A DNA stretch of 64,000 bases from Nymphaea colorata (lineage: Eukaryota), in contig NC_045138.2 in assembly GCF_008831285.2 (NCBI RefSeq), forward strand, positions 33,852,001 to 33,916,000, read 5' to 3'. A model generated the notes under the pieces. It made no database searches and had not been told where the DNA came from. It saw nothing but the letters and a program-made list of their open reading frames with translations. Numbering within the stretch: the first letter of the stretch is position 1; the number at the start of each line of letters is the position of its first letter. Below are positions 1 to 13,711 of the stretch, one piece after another. The translations under genes and the position numbers were made by a program.

Positions 1-1580
1 AGGCATACCGACTTCCCAGTCCAAACAGCTACACTATGCTCCTCATAACTTATTGCGCTTGCATATGATTCACGGCAACTTCACAAAGAACCACTTCCTT
101 TTGGTTTTAAATGTACTCCACACAGATCTCCCTTTTTCTTTTAGTGAACTTGCTAACAACCTTCATCCTACAAACTCGCATCAAAAGTCTCAATAGATTT
201 AGATTCTCGATGTCGCCTCAGGTCGTTTTCGAATTAGCGGGATCATTCGACATTCACCATCAAAAGAACGACTTTCAACCGAATCATTCGGACTTCTTTG
301 GTTTCAAAATAGTTTGAAGGTGGGCACTTCTCTCTAGAGTCATTTCTGCACGAACAAGAGCACTGCACCACTGTTGATAAGAAGAAAAAGATACCAAGTT
401 TCGGTAATTAAACGATCACTGTAAACATTGCCTGGAGAATTGGATTGCGCTGATCGGCAAAGTGCTACAAATCGAATTGCAAACCTATATTAAGGAAAAA
501 AGGGTATATTACTTTTAGAAGCTAGTTAGTTTGGTTGGATAATAAATGAGGACAGAGTGAGAGATCCTTGCCTTGTTGTTTGAGCAAGTGGTAGAAGGAG
601 GAAAAGGCAAAGAAAGCCCTCGTCTGACCACTGAATATTCAAAAGGGAAGGAAAACTTAAAAAATTCCATCCTCCCCAAAGTTCCACCCCTACTTCGCAC
701 GCACAAAATCTCCAATGGGCCAATCTCAAACGCAGAGTAGGGAGTTAAAATTGCCCCCAAATGACAGAAACACCCTTCGTCGTCTCGCGCGGAGTTGTTT
801 AATGCTGCAACAACGGGAGATGCATAAAGGTCATTTCCTGCTCTGGGAGATCGGGCACCCTCCCTCTGGTTCCCGGGCGAGCCCGGCGACCTCCCCTCTG
901 ACCGGGCCGTGGGTCTCCCGCTGCAGATCCGTATCGTCATCGGCATACGAACCCGTATAAACATACGGTGGCCTGACCTCCGGCGATGTCTCGGCTCCTG
1001 TTTGGGAGGGGGGAGAAATAAATAGCAGGGAAGGGCGCGCGGCTCCCAAACGCGAAACTCATTTTCCTTTTCCATTTTCCCCCTCGAAAAATTTTCCCTC
1101 TTTTTTTCTCTCAGGAGGAAGATAACAGAGAGAGAGAGAGGTTGGGACTCGCCAAGCGCAGGAGAGGGGAATTACTTCGGCCGATTAACGGCTGGATGAG
1201 CTCCCTACCCACCGGTAGGCCGTACGATTCGTCAGGGGCCCGGTGAATTTTCATGGTGAGTTGTTTATCCTTCATCCTCCTCTTCTCTTCTTGAGACTTC
1301 TTACAAAGTTCTGCTTCGGTCTCATGCAAGGTTGTCTTTTTTTCTCTTCTGACTTGTTCTCGTCTTCCTCTCTTCTGAAACTTGGAAACCCTAGTTTCAT
1401 ACGCTGTGTTGTGGATAGGTTCCGCGGAATCTTTGATTCGAGCGCCATCTTGAAACCCTACATTGCAAGGAGGGGCAAGGAAAATTAGGGTTTTGGAGGT
1501 CGATCGGAGCCAGCATGAGAGCCGGCGCCTCTCGGGAAGGGGAGGCGTAGGGCTCGCGGGGGGGTTCACAGATTCCCCCC

Positions 1581-4500
1581 ATGGGCGATGGAGGTGTGGC
1601 CTGCGTTTCTTCTTCCTCGCAGCATATCATGGAGCGTTTCGCCCCCGCCCCTACCTATGGCACCCTCCGCTCGACCCTGCAGTTTCCGGATCGATCCCCC
1701 GAGAAGCCGGATAAGAAGACGGAGGCAGAGAAGAAGGAGGAGAGGTCGAGGGTGCTGGTACCGTCCCGGCTGTCGGAGAACGAGGACAGAGATAGAGAAT
1801 TGTCGCGGCACCATAGCAGTGCTTCCAGCTCCGGCGACCACCGGAAGCGGCAGTCGCGCGAGGAGTCGGATTACCGGTCCAGGAGGCATTATTATGAGCA
1901 GGAAGAAGCTTCAAGAACGAGCTTAGCTTCTTCCTCGAAGAGCAGAAGAGTCTCAGAGGACTCTAGGAGTCCTGGGTTTTCAAGGAGTTACAGGGATTCA
2001 AGGTCGAGCAAGTACTCTCGCCACCTTGATTCTGATAGGAACCATGACCGTCACGTACGCAGCCCAAGCCATTCCGATAGGCGCCATGATCGCGACGGTC
2101 GGAGTCCTAGCCACTCGGACAAGCATCAAGATCGACATGCTCGAAGCCCTAGTCACTCGAGCAGGCACCGTGATCGCCATGCTCGGAGCCCTAGCCGCTC
2201 CGAAAGGCATTACGATCGTCACGCTCGAAGTCCAAGCCGTTTAGACAGACACCATGATCGTTATGCTCGGAGCCCAAGTGATTCAGATAGGCACCGTGAC
2301 CGCTCTTTCCGGAGCCCTAGCCGCTCAGAAAGGTCTCCGAGAGGGAGCAAGTTGCACCATTCTGACTACAGGGAAGCCAGCAGGAAAAGCAGGCGATATA
2401 GCTCTCCTGATCGACATAACAGGCGAACACACGAAGAAAGGCGCTCACCATCTCACGGGAGAGATTCTTACAAAAGTTCATCTCGACCACCTACATCGAC
2501 TGGCGCAGGTGCACAAAACGCCGATAAGGTTCCTTCTGATGATCAAGAGCAGAAGCTAAAGGAAAATTCAAGTACAAATTGTGAGGAGAAGGCGGCTACT
2601 CAAGTTGCTGCTGATGAAACTGGTAACTGCGTTACTGAGGAATTGGTTTCAATGGAGGAGGATATGGATATCTGTGACTCGCCACCTTATGTTGCTCAAG
2701 AACATTCAGGGTTGAATACTACCAATTCGTTTGTCGGCAACTGGTTTTATCTTGATCACCTTGGGATCGAACGAGGGCCATCAAGATTGTGCGATCTCAA
2801 GAAGATGGTGGAGGATGGTCTTTTGGTTTCTGACCATTTGATTAAGCACTCACAGAGTAATAGATGGATGACGGTTGAAAATGCCGCTTCACCTTTGGTG
2901 TCTCTGAACCTAACGTCCATAGTGTCAGACTCAGTAACACAGTTGGTGACCCCCCCTGAAGCGCCAGGCAATGCTCTGAATGAAGCCGGAGAGTTGGAAC
3001 CCGCATCAGAAATTAGGCCTGAGAAGCAAGAACGAGCTGAAGTGGTGGAGAACGATTCAGCCTCTCCCTCGGAGGATCTTCATATTGATGATAGGGTGGA
3101 GGAGCTCCTGAAGGGCCATACTGTAGTTCCTGGGAGAGAAGTGGAGACTCTTGCAGGTAAGCGCTCTTTGAGGGGGTTGTAGTGCTTTTCCAATTTTAGG
3201 GCTTCCTAGCTTATCGGTTTTTAAAGAAGCTAGTTTGTACTTTATTGTCTTTTTCTCCTTTTTCTTTTTTCTCCTCCCCCTAAACGAGCTTAGATTTAAA
3301 TACGTCCCAATAGTTAACTATTGGGGAAGTTACTCCTTAATTAATTACTTTTTGGCCTTTTCTCAAATTGTTTATAATTTTATCTAATTTCAATATTTAT
3401 ATTCTTTGTTCTATAGTTAATATTTTATTTATGCTTCTCAATGTAAAAAAGAATATAAATTTTTGTGGACGTATTCCATAATTTTGTTATTTTTGTGCTT
3501 AAAACTGAATTTCCATATATTTTTAAAGTCAAAATGTTTAGCTCGTTCTTTTGAATTTGTTGTAGTTCTAATATTTATATACATTTTTTTTTCTTTCATC
3601 CAAGTTCATCTGTTGCTTGTGATTTTCCTTAGGATTGTAAAAGTTTCTATTTCTCACTCTTTCAGTTGGTTTTTTCCACCAAATTATAGCCCAAATATTC
3701 ATCAGGAAAAAGAAAGCTATAAATGGATAAGAATTCACTTCTGTCATTTCAATTTTTGTTTTTTCCGTAAACCTTTTGTTTGTAAAAAAAAAAATTATGA
3801 CCTCTATTAAGATTTTCTTTTTTAATTTTATTTCAATTATATCAAATAAAAAAAAAATTGTGGTCTCTGATGTTGCTAAGATTTTGTCAACTTTAGATGT
3901 ACCTGCCGGCTTTTATTTTTTTTTTTAAATTCAGAAGACTGAGTTTTTTTCCAGGGCATATTTGTTATGCCTACGGTTGGTGTTTGCAGTGTGGGTGTGA
4001 CTGTCCGTGCACGCTTGTCCGCTCTTTGTGTCTGCAGATAATATTACGTCTTTTTTTATCTCTTTTACTGGTTTCGAGCTCTCACATGTACTTTGTGTTG
4101 CAGAAGCACTGCAGATTACTTTTGATGAAACCGAGAGGGAGACCCATTATGGTTCTGAAGGTACACATTGTGTTCGTGCTTGCTATTTTACTTTGTGTTT
4201 GAATTGACAATTGAGATTGGTTATATTATACCTTTTTTTTTTCGTTTCCTTGTTCTTCAGGTTTTATTAGACCTTGGGATGTCTACGGTGATTGGTCCAG
4301 ACATGTCAGAGACGAGGGATTTTGTAGGGGTCACGAAACTTTTAGGGATAGTCCACACAGGCATGATCTTAGATCAGTTGCACCTGTTGATAAGAGCTTG
4401 TTCGCAGGCAGGTGGTCATGCCATGGTGGTGATTGGAAAAGAAACGATGAAGCTGTTCATGACCGGCTATCTAAAAGAAAGGTTGTGCTCAATGATGGTT

Positions 4501-7500
4501 TCCCACTTTGTCAAATGCCCAAGTCTGGGTATCCAGATCCTCGTTGGCATAGACCTGAATTCCTTGCTTTGCACCTCAGGAGGTTGGAGATACCTCCTTG
4601 GGCTTATTTTTGGCCTGAAGAAAAAAGTGATCATGCTCAGCAATCTGATACTTTATCTGAGGGTCATTCTTCAAACCCTGCACTTTCAGATTCCTCAGTT
4701 TCGTCTCATGGTACTTCTGGCACTTCAAATGATTACGTGAAAGTCGTGAAGAACAATACTGCTGAAATTAATAGAGGAATACCTGCTAACAGAATGGGTC
4801 AAAGCAAACCTGTACTTGCGAAGATTTGTAGAGGATTGGCCCAACCTGTGGTAAGAAATAATGCCTTCATGGTCAAGAATCATGCCTCTGTAATCAAGGA
4901 GCTACGTTCTAAGCTGAACCAAGCCAGTGAGAGTTTGCAGTCTGGTCAGTTGCATAGTCAGCAGTCTGCAGCTTGTGACGGTAAGAGCTCATTGGTTGAA
5001 GATACATCTCACACCAAGGCTCAGCCACGGGATTCACGGGGGCTAGTGAAATGCGGGGCTGATGAGAATGCTAAGAAAAGTTGTGTTCTGACAGCAGATG
5101 ATTTGAATATAAATATGGGTGAGTGGTACTACTTGAATGGTGCTGGACATGAGCAAGGCCCTTCGTCATATTCTCATTTGCAGGCTTTAGTTGCCAATGG
5201 AACCCTCCCAGACAACAGCAGTGTATACAGGAAACAAGATAATATATGGGTGCCCGTGACATCTGCAACATCAAGTTCTAAGGTTGCAGGCAGCTCTGAT
5301 CTGAAACTTGCTTCTGGATCTACTTGTGGGCAGGTTAAACAAAATCAGCCTGAGACACATGTGTTGACAGGGGCTCAAATTTCCGGTTGTATTTCTAGGA
5401 CTGCACTGATGGAAAGCAATGTGGTCACTAATAGCTCCTTCCATTATTTATATCCACAATTTGTTGGTTACACACGTGGTAGGCTGCATGAACTAGTGAT
5501 GAAATCATTTAAGAGTCGGGAATTTGCTGCAGCTATAAACGAAGTTCTGGACCCATGGTTGAATGCGAAGCAACCCAAGAAAGCAGCTGAGAAACCCTTC
5601 TCGACTAATTTTGGTTCATGGGTTTCCTCAAATGGTAGAAACTCCTTGGTATCTTCCAATGACTTTTCTGCATATGGTCAGTCTGCAAAAAAACCCCGGG
5701 TATTCATTTATGGAACTGAAGAAGACAATGATGATGAAAAATTATCAAAAGAACATAGAGAAGAATTCTCCTTCGAAAGTATGTGTTCTGGTGCTGATTT
5801 TGGTCAACAAAGTAGTAACGGCCCCTACATTGGAGATGAAAGTTGGGGTCTCCTTAATAACCGCATTTTAGCAAGAATATTCCACTTCCTGAGAGCTGAT
5901 ATGAAGTCTCTTGCATTTTCTGCTGCTACTTGCAAGCACTGGAGCCTTGCTGTCAAATTCTATAAGGACATATGTAGGCAGGTTGATTTGTCACAAATGG
6001 GTCCTCATTGTACTGATTCTGTATTCCAGAATATTATGGTATGTTTTTTCTTTCCTGTCTTGTCCAATGGCCAGTGTCCTTTTCTTCCATGTTTTTCTTT
6101 TCACATAATTTGTTCTGTTCTGTAGGGTGGCTACAACAAAGAAAAACTCCTATCTATTGTCTTAACGGGATGTACAAATATTAGTGCTGGTGCACTTGAT
6201 GAAATTCTCCAGTCATTTCCTTCTGTTTCATCTATAGATATAAGACGATGCAAACAGTTCAGTGATTTGCCCCAAAAATTTCATGGTGTTAAATGGAGAA
6301 AGAGTTATAGTCATCTTGTGATTGACGAGATAAATGCTGATGAAGATGCAAATAAGATTTGGAACCATAAACAGCTAAATGCAAAGAGCCCTTTGATTTC
6401 CAGGGCATTAAGAGGCTTAGATGGTTACTTGGATGATAAAAGGAGTACTAGAGATAGCCTAAGCTTGGATGGTTTTTCTGGGAGAGATTCAGTTCGAAAA
6501 TTATATCCTAATAAATTCAAAAATTCAAAATCGGTTGGTTCTAGAAAGTTTCCCTCAATCCTTCCAAGGAATGCCCGCATGAAAGGCTTGTTTCCGGGGA
6601 AATCTTTGCCATTGTCCGTGAGGAGATACAAGAAAAAGGAGGGTATTCTTGCCGTTGGTATAAAGGAGATAATGAGAGAGAATACCTTTGAATTTTTTCT
6701 GCCGAAGGTATGTTCCAAATTATGATTTTCAAGCTGTACATGAGAACTTGCATTTATCTCCAGTTGTATCCTCATGTTTGTTACGAATTTGAACTTTCCC
6801 AGGTGGCCGAAATTGAAGAAAGAATGTACAATGGATATTACGATCAACGTGGTTTGGAGTCGGTTGTCGATGACATCAGCAGAATGTGCCGTGATGCAAT
6901 AAAGTAGTACTTTTTTTGGTGCATGACTGTTACATCATATGTTTTTATTTATGTAAATTTCCATTTCTACCTTCTTTTCTTTGTTTCTAAATTTGTGCGC
7001 CACACTGTGTTAATGCAGAGCAAATACACACAATGATGATGGTGATATGACTCCAATTATTAGGTTGTTTATGAAACTCGTTACAAGCTTGCAGGAGAAC
7101 TCTACATCACTTCATGAGAGTGAAGAGATATCAAGGACTTCGAAGGATGGCTCAGCCTCAGTATGTGGTGCTATTTCTTCCAAAAATAAGAAGAAAGATC
7201 TTAGGTCTACCAATGATAAGAGGGGGTTGAGTAAGAGAAGTGGCTCATTCTCTGGCAATGGTGTTGATTTTGGGGACTATATGTCTGACAAGGAATGTAG
7301 AAGGCGCTTGTCTAGATTAAACAAAAAATCTTTAGATTCAGATAGTGAAACAACAGATGAATCTGACCTTTCAGTGAACAGTAAGGGTGATGGAGAAGAT
7401 ACTGCACCAGAGACAGATGAGATGGACTTCCATTCCGATGGTGAAGCTGGAAACTCAAAAGATGGTTATGCAGTGGAATATGAGTCTGTTGATTCTATGA

Positions 7501-10500
7501 CTGAAGATCGCGAATGGGGTGCTCGCATGACAAAAGCTAGCCTTGTCCCTCCAATTACTAGGAAATATGAAGTTATTGATCATTATGTTGTTGTTGCGGA
7601 TGAGGAATATGTGCGAAGGAAGATGCAAGTTGCTTTGCCTGACGATTATGCTGAAAAACTTGCTGCACAGAAAGAAGGAGTGGAGGAGTTGTTAGAAATT
7701 CCAGAAGTAAAGGATTATAGACCAAGAAAAACACTAGGAGATGAAGTTTTAGAACAGGAAGTCTATGGTATTGATCCTTATACACATAACCTTCTTCTTG
7801 ACTCTATACCAGAAGAACTGGAGTGGACTCTTCAAGAGCAGTGTTCTTTCATTGAAGAGGTGAGCTTATTTTACTTTATGACAATCTTGTTGTCAGTTGA
7901 TTTTCCTAGGAAATGTATGGAGGAATTAACTGGTGGTTTCTTTTAGGTACTTCTCACTGCTTTAAATAAGCAAGTAAGGTGCTTCACTGGCACTGGGAAT
8001 GCTCCAATGGAGTACAATTTGAAACCTGTTATTGAAGAAATTCAAAATAATGCTGAAGAAGGTGGTAACAAACGGAGTCGAGAAATTTGCCAAGCTCTTT
8101 TAAAATCTGTTGAGAGTCGCCCTGATGATAATTATGTTGCCTACAGAAAGGTAAAATTGATGATGCAATGGTGACTATTGTTCAGATAGTTGTGTAAATT
8201 TGAAGTAATTATTTTGTCTTTTCAATCTAGGGATTAGGGGTTGTTTGCAACAAAATGGAGGGCTTTGGTGAAGATGATTTTGTGGTGGAGTTCTTGGGTG
8301 AGGTATGTAAATGTGCTTGTCCATATGGATGCTTCTGCAATCACTCACTTGTTGTCTAAGATTGTTCATCAGTAGATATACTGCTCATTCTCTGATTTGG
8401 ATGCCTTTTTTTCATTATGAAACTTGGGTGCATATGTGGACCTCCAATTATGAATCTCTAGCTTACATTTGGTCTAGAGATTTTACAAAATTATCTGTCA
8501 GGTCATACCTCCAAGTTTTGCCTACAAAATTGGATAGTGGAAGTGGAAGTCAGGATAGTTGCCTACAAAATGTCAGAGACTCATAGAATGTCCTGCTACG
8601 AAGTTGCAGTGAGATAGTGGCCATTTTTGCCATTTTCTATGTTTTGTGCTTTGTTTCTGGGAAGATTCTTCAAGGATCTTATGCCTCGTACTTTTTTGTT
8701 ACAATATTATCTTTCTGTCATGAAAAGATTGTGGAAAAATTATTCATTCCTTCTGTTGCTTAATTCGAGTATCTAGCTACACCCTCATAGGATGGTCACA
8801 TCATTTACCAAAAACAACTCACAGAGGCTGGGTGAGTCAAAAGCGTTTAAATTGGCAGTTCAAGATGGTACAGCTTATACATTCCTTTCTGTATACTATG
8901 GAAGTGTGGCTGAGAGAGAATTTGTAAGTGTTCAGAGGTGAAGCTTACATATGTAGAGTTGTTTTCAATTTCCACCCCCACCCAAAAAAGGAAGAAGCCC
9001 ACAGGCCATGAGTTTCAACATAGTTAAAAACTGAAAACTGTAGCATAGTACAACTAGGACAATCTTTTATAAGAAAAAAAATACAAGTGAAAGTTGAGGA
9101 TAAATAATCAAGATAATAAAAAAATTGATAAAACTGATGACACCAGAGTGTTCTGTAGTCTGCATTGGTTTGATTCTCTCTAACATGACCCAGTTTGTTT
9201 TAAGTTTGTCTCTCTGACATGCCTTTGTGTGTTTCAAACTTTCAAGTACCATCTTTCATAGCATGGTTCCAAATCTGCTTTGAAGTGAACAGATTTTGTG
9301 CAGGTTTATAGATTGGTATGCAATTTGTACTTGCTTGATGAAGTACTTAAGTTATGGGAAATTACTCAATATGGAGTTTTTCCTTCAAGCATCCTCGTTA
9401 TTGTGTAATTGATTGTAAAAGCTATAAATACGAGGTTCAAATGATTGATCTTTGTTGTTATACTGATACACCAGATGGGATAGACATCTTGCAGTAGTAT
9501 GCATTTCTGTGCCTTGCATTTTCCTCATTTTCTTTTGCGGTTCTGAAAGGAGGTTTATGCTAATCCTATTTTCTGGTGGTACAACTGCGCTACCTTTTGA
9601 GGATGTTAGGCTAACTTGGTCAATTAGGGGTATGGATCTGCACTTGGTGAAAGCTGACATATTTGTCTTAGAATAATTTGATGTTGCAAGTATTACTAGT
9701 TAGCCGCCGAGAACTACATCTCTGTAGAGAACCACTCCTATCAACAGCAGAAGTCGATGCATCGGGAAATCCCCGACACAAACTTTTCATTCCAAGCACT
9801 TGATGCTAAGTAGCTTTTCTGATAAAAGTATCCGGATTGGAACTGGTCAAAGTTAATATCATATCTGGTCTGGCTTGAGCAAACTTGAGTTTAAATCCAG
9901 ATGTGATTGAAATTAACAAAAATAAACTGAAGCTGACAAAATATTCATTGATTTTTAATATCTAAACCTTATTTATTGGACCATAATTTCATGGGCATCC
10001 CTATTTTATGTAGCCTCCTAGGTCTCACAGATAAGTACTGGGGCTACGTGATCATTTCAAATTCTTGATGTATATTATAAATCACAATCACTTGCCTCAT
10101 TTTTCCTGTTGTGAGACCTAAATTTTCTTCCATTTGTGAATGAAGATGCTTTTCTGATGTTATCAGGTTTACCCTGCTTGGAAATGGTTTGAAAAGCAAG
10201 ACGGCATCAGGTTCTTGCAGAAGAATAGTCAAGACCCAGCTCCTGAGTTCTACAATATATATTTGGAGAGGCCAAAGGTTCACTTCTTCTTGCTTGTGTG
10301 AATGCATTTAAAATTCAATATGTGTATGATTCTTAATGTTTGTTTCTGTTCATGTTAGGGTGATCGTGATGGTTATGATCTTGTTGTTGTTGATGCCATG
10401 CATAAAGCAAATTATGCAAGCAGAATCTGTCACTCCTGCAGGCCAAATTGTGAGGCAAAGTAAGCTTGAAATGCCTTTTCCTTGGCAGACCAAGTGCCCA

Positions 10501-13500
10501 TCTGAATTTCCAAATACTGGGTTCTGCAATTTTGGCTTTTTTTTTTCCTTTTAGATGTTAGATAGAGATGAGAATGGGGATGGGAAGTGGGAGTGGATTT
10601 GACATCCTCTTTAGGGTGTAGTGAAAGACGGCCTATCTCCACTAAAATCATTAATTTCATTGCCCTAATCCTTATTCAGGAACAACAAAAGGGATATGTG
10701 TGATATGTGAAGGCCACTAAGTGCTTTTCAAATCCCAATGTCATTCTCTTCGCTGCTTCCCTATCCTTCTTGGTTGCTCTTATTTTTATCTTTTCATGTG
10801 CATCTTCACATTTTCTTTCTTTGACATTTATCTTGTCTCTTTTTACTGATATCTCTCTGGTGACGGTGCATCAGAGTAACTGCTGTAGATGGGCAGTACC
10901 AGATTGGAATTTATACAGTGAGGCCTGTAGCATATGGTGAAGAGATCACTTTTGATTATAATTCTGTGACTGAGGTATGTTTCTTCAATGGCATTGATTA
11001 GTATGTTGTCCAATCCATTCTTTTTTATCTGAACGTTTGTCTTTCATTGCAGAGCAAGGAAGAGTATGAAGCATCGGTGTGCCTATGTGGCAGTCAGGTC
11101 TGTAGAGGTAGCTATTTGAACTTGACAGGAGAAGGAGCTTTCCAGAAGGTACAAATGGTTGTCTTGATAGCTTGTTCAGATGATGTTTAAACGTCGATAT
11201 GCATGCTCCAGAAGTGTTTCTTTTCAAAGACCTGTTTTTTGTACCTTTTGTTTCTGGTATTTGAGTGAGTAAATACTGTTACTGCAGTGAGACTCTTGCT
11301 TATCTAAATTTTCAGGCCCATCCAAACTTTTACCTGGGTTCATTTTGCCATGTGTTTCTTCCATGCAATAGGTAATGAAGGAATGCCATGGAATTCTTGA
11401 CCGACATAGGTTGATGCTGGAGGCATGCGAACTCAATTCTGCTACAAAGGATGATTATGATGACCTGGGAAAAGCAGGCTTGGGCACGTGCTTGCTCTCT
11501 GGGTTGCCTGATTGGTTAATCACATATTCTGCTCACCTTGTATGACTTTTCACCTCATGTATGTCTTATATTAATCAGCTTATTTTTCTTCCTGCCACTC
11601 ATCTTGTTTGGTGTTGGTAGGTAAGATACATAAATTTTGAAAGAACCAAGCTTCCCGAGGAGATTCTTAAACATAATTTAGAAGAGAAAAGAAAATTCTT
11701 TTCTGATATTTGCCTGGAGGTTGAGAAGAATGATGCTGATGTTCAGGTGCATAGCCGTCATCTGCAAATTTTGTTTTATATTTATAGCTCGATTGTCTTC
11801 TTTTCATTTGATTGTGTTTCTTGGCTTTGCTTGTGGCAGGCAGAAGGTGTGTACAACCAGAGGCTTCAGAATTTGGCAGTCACTCTTGACAAGGTGCGGA
11901 ATCGTTCCTGTCCACCGTGGTTTTTTGGCACAAACGATTGAACTGGACTGCCTTTATATCTCCATGTATTTGGTCCTTTTATCAGTGGAGATCGAATGTT
12001 ATGCAAGTGTACATTGTTTTCTGGTATCTTGGTTTGTCCTTCTGGCTCATTTGAGAAATATGTTTGTTTGCTCAGGCACAATGCAGGATCTGTCTTGAGT
12101 AACACGAACTTGAGTGGTTATCCTGATTAAGCTCGACATTTGGGGTTATACACAATCTCAAGAGTGTAAATAACATAAAAGACCTCGATCTGTTGTGCAT
12201 TTGCTAAAGTTCAGTAGGTGGTGGGTTTTAATCCTACTTCCTCAAACATGTATGTGTGTGTGTGTGTGTTTTTGGTGGAATAACACGAACTTGAGTGTTT
12301 ATCCTGATTAAGCTCAACACTTGGGGGTATACATAATCTCGAGAGTGTAAATAACGTAAAAGACCTCGATCTGTTATGCATTTGCTAAAGTTCAGTAGGT
12401 GGTGGGTAATAATCCTACTTCCTCAAACATGTATGTGTGTGTGTGCTTGTGTGTTTTAGGTGGAATAAAAATATCGCTAGAGTTCAGCTTGGATCTTTCT
12501 TTTCACACGATCTGAGCTGATCAGGTTTCATGGTTTGATCTTCTGTTTGGTGTTCTAATGATTTTGCTGATTTGTATGAGAAGACTGCCTTATGCTTTGT
12601 ATTTTTCTTATTGCGGGTTTTGTTTCTAGATCTATTTTTCTTCTTCGTTTCCTCTTAGTCAGCTGACTGCCAGTTCGATTCATCATCTGACCTACATTGG
12701 TGCAGGTCAGGTATGTCCTCCGGTCTGTGTTCGATGATCCTAGTAAAGCACCACCGCCCATGCAGAAAGTTAGTCCTGAAGATCTAGTATCTCTTCTATG
12801 GAAAGGAGAGGGTTCACTAGTCGAAGAATTACTGCAGTGTATGGCTCCTCATCTGGATTCAGACGTGCTCAATGAGCTAAAGTCCAAAATTCGAGCTCGT
12901 GATCCAACTGGCTCTGATGATGTCAAGAGGGAACTGCGAAGATCTTTGTTATGGTGAGACTACGAGTAACATTTGCATCTTTTGTAGGATGGAGTTTCCA
13001 TCTTCATGCTCTTTTCTGAAAATTAGATTTTTATGTAGGTTGCGGGATGAGATGAGGAACTTACCGTCATCATACAAATGCCGGCATGATGCTGCGGCTG
13101 ACTTGATTCATATGTATGCATACACAAATAGTTTCTTTACAGTCCGGGTATGTATGCATTTTGAAAAATGGTTATGGATCATTAATACCTATGATCGGAG
13201 GAAGTTAGGGTGGATATCTGAAGATCAATTCTTTGATGCAGGAGTATAAGAGTGTGACTTCAGAGCCTGTTTACATAAGCCCTCTTGACTTGGGCCCAAA
13301 GTATGCAGACAAATTGGGTTCAGGGTTTCAAGAGTACCGCAAAACTTATGGTGAAAGCTATTGTTTAGGTCAACTGATTTATTGGCATAACCAGACATTC
13401 TCAGACCCAGATTCTCACTTAGCAAGAGCAAGGAGAGGATGTCTATTGCTTCCTCATCCCTCGTCATTTTACGTGAGGAATCAGAAAATTTCCCGAAAGC

Positions 13501-13680
13501 ATGTCTATGGTCAGAGAACGTTGAGATTGATGATGTCTATAATGGTAAGGGCTCTCTCTCTAGAAAGGTTCCTCACTAGGTTACCTGGCACGCACATACA
13601 GAGCACATCTATGCACGTGTCGATATAGTCAGCTGAGTTATAAGATGGAAAAACTAGTCATGCTGCAAATTTTCCACAAG

Positions 13681-13711
<31 letters not shown>

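Noticed and set aside
515..1075. 186-aa and 72-aa minus-strand ORFs upstream of ATXR3
   Set aside because: GC/CpG-rich promoter sequence with no recognisable domain or convincing splice structure; a divergent transcript cannot be supported from sequence alone.
2058..2333. Regular repeat superficially like a CRISPR array
   Set aside because: Eukaryotic coding tandem repeat with no unique spacers or cas genes.
1588..2971. Several overlapping ORFs on both strands within ATXR3 exon 1
   Set aside because: Shadow frames of a GC-rich, repetitive coding exon.
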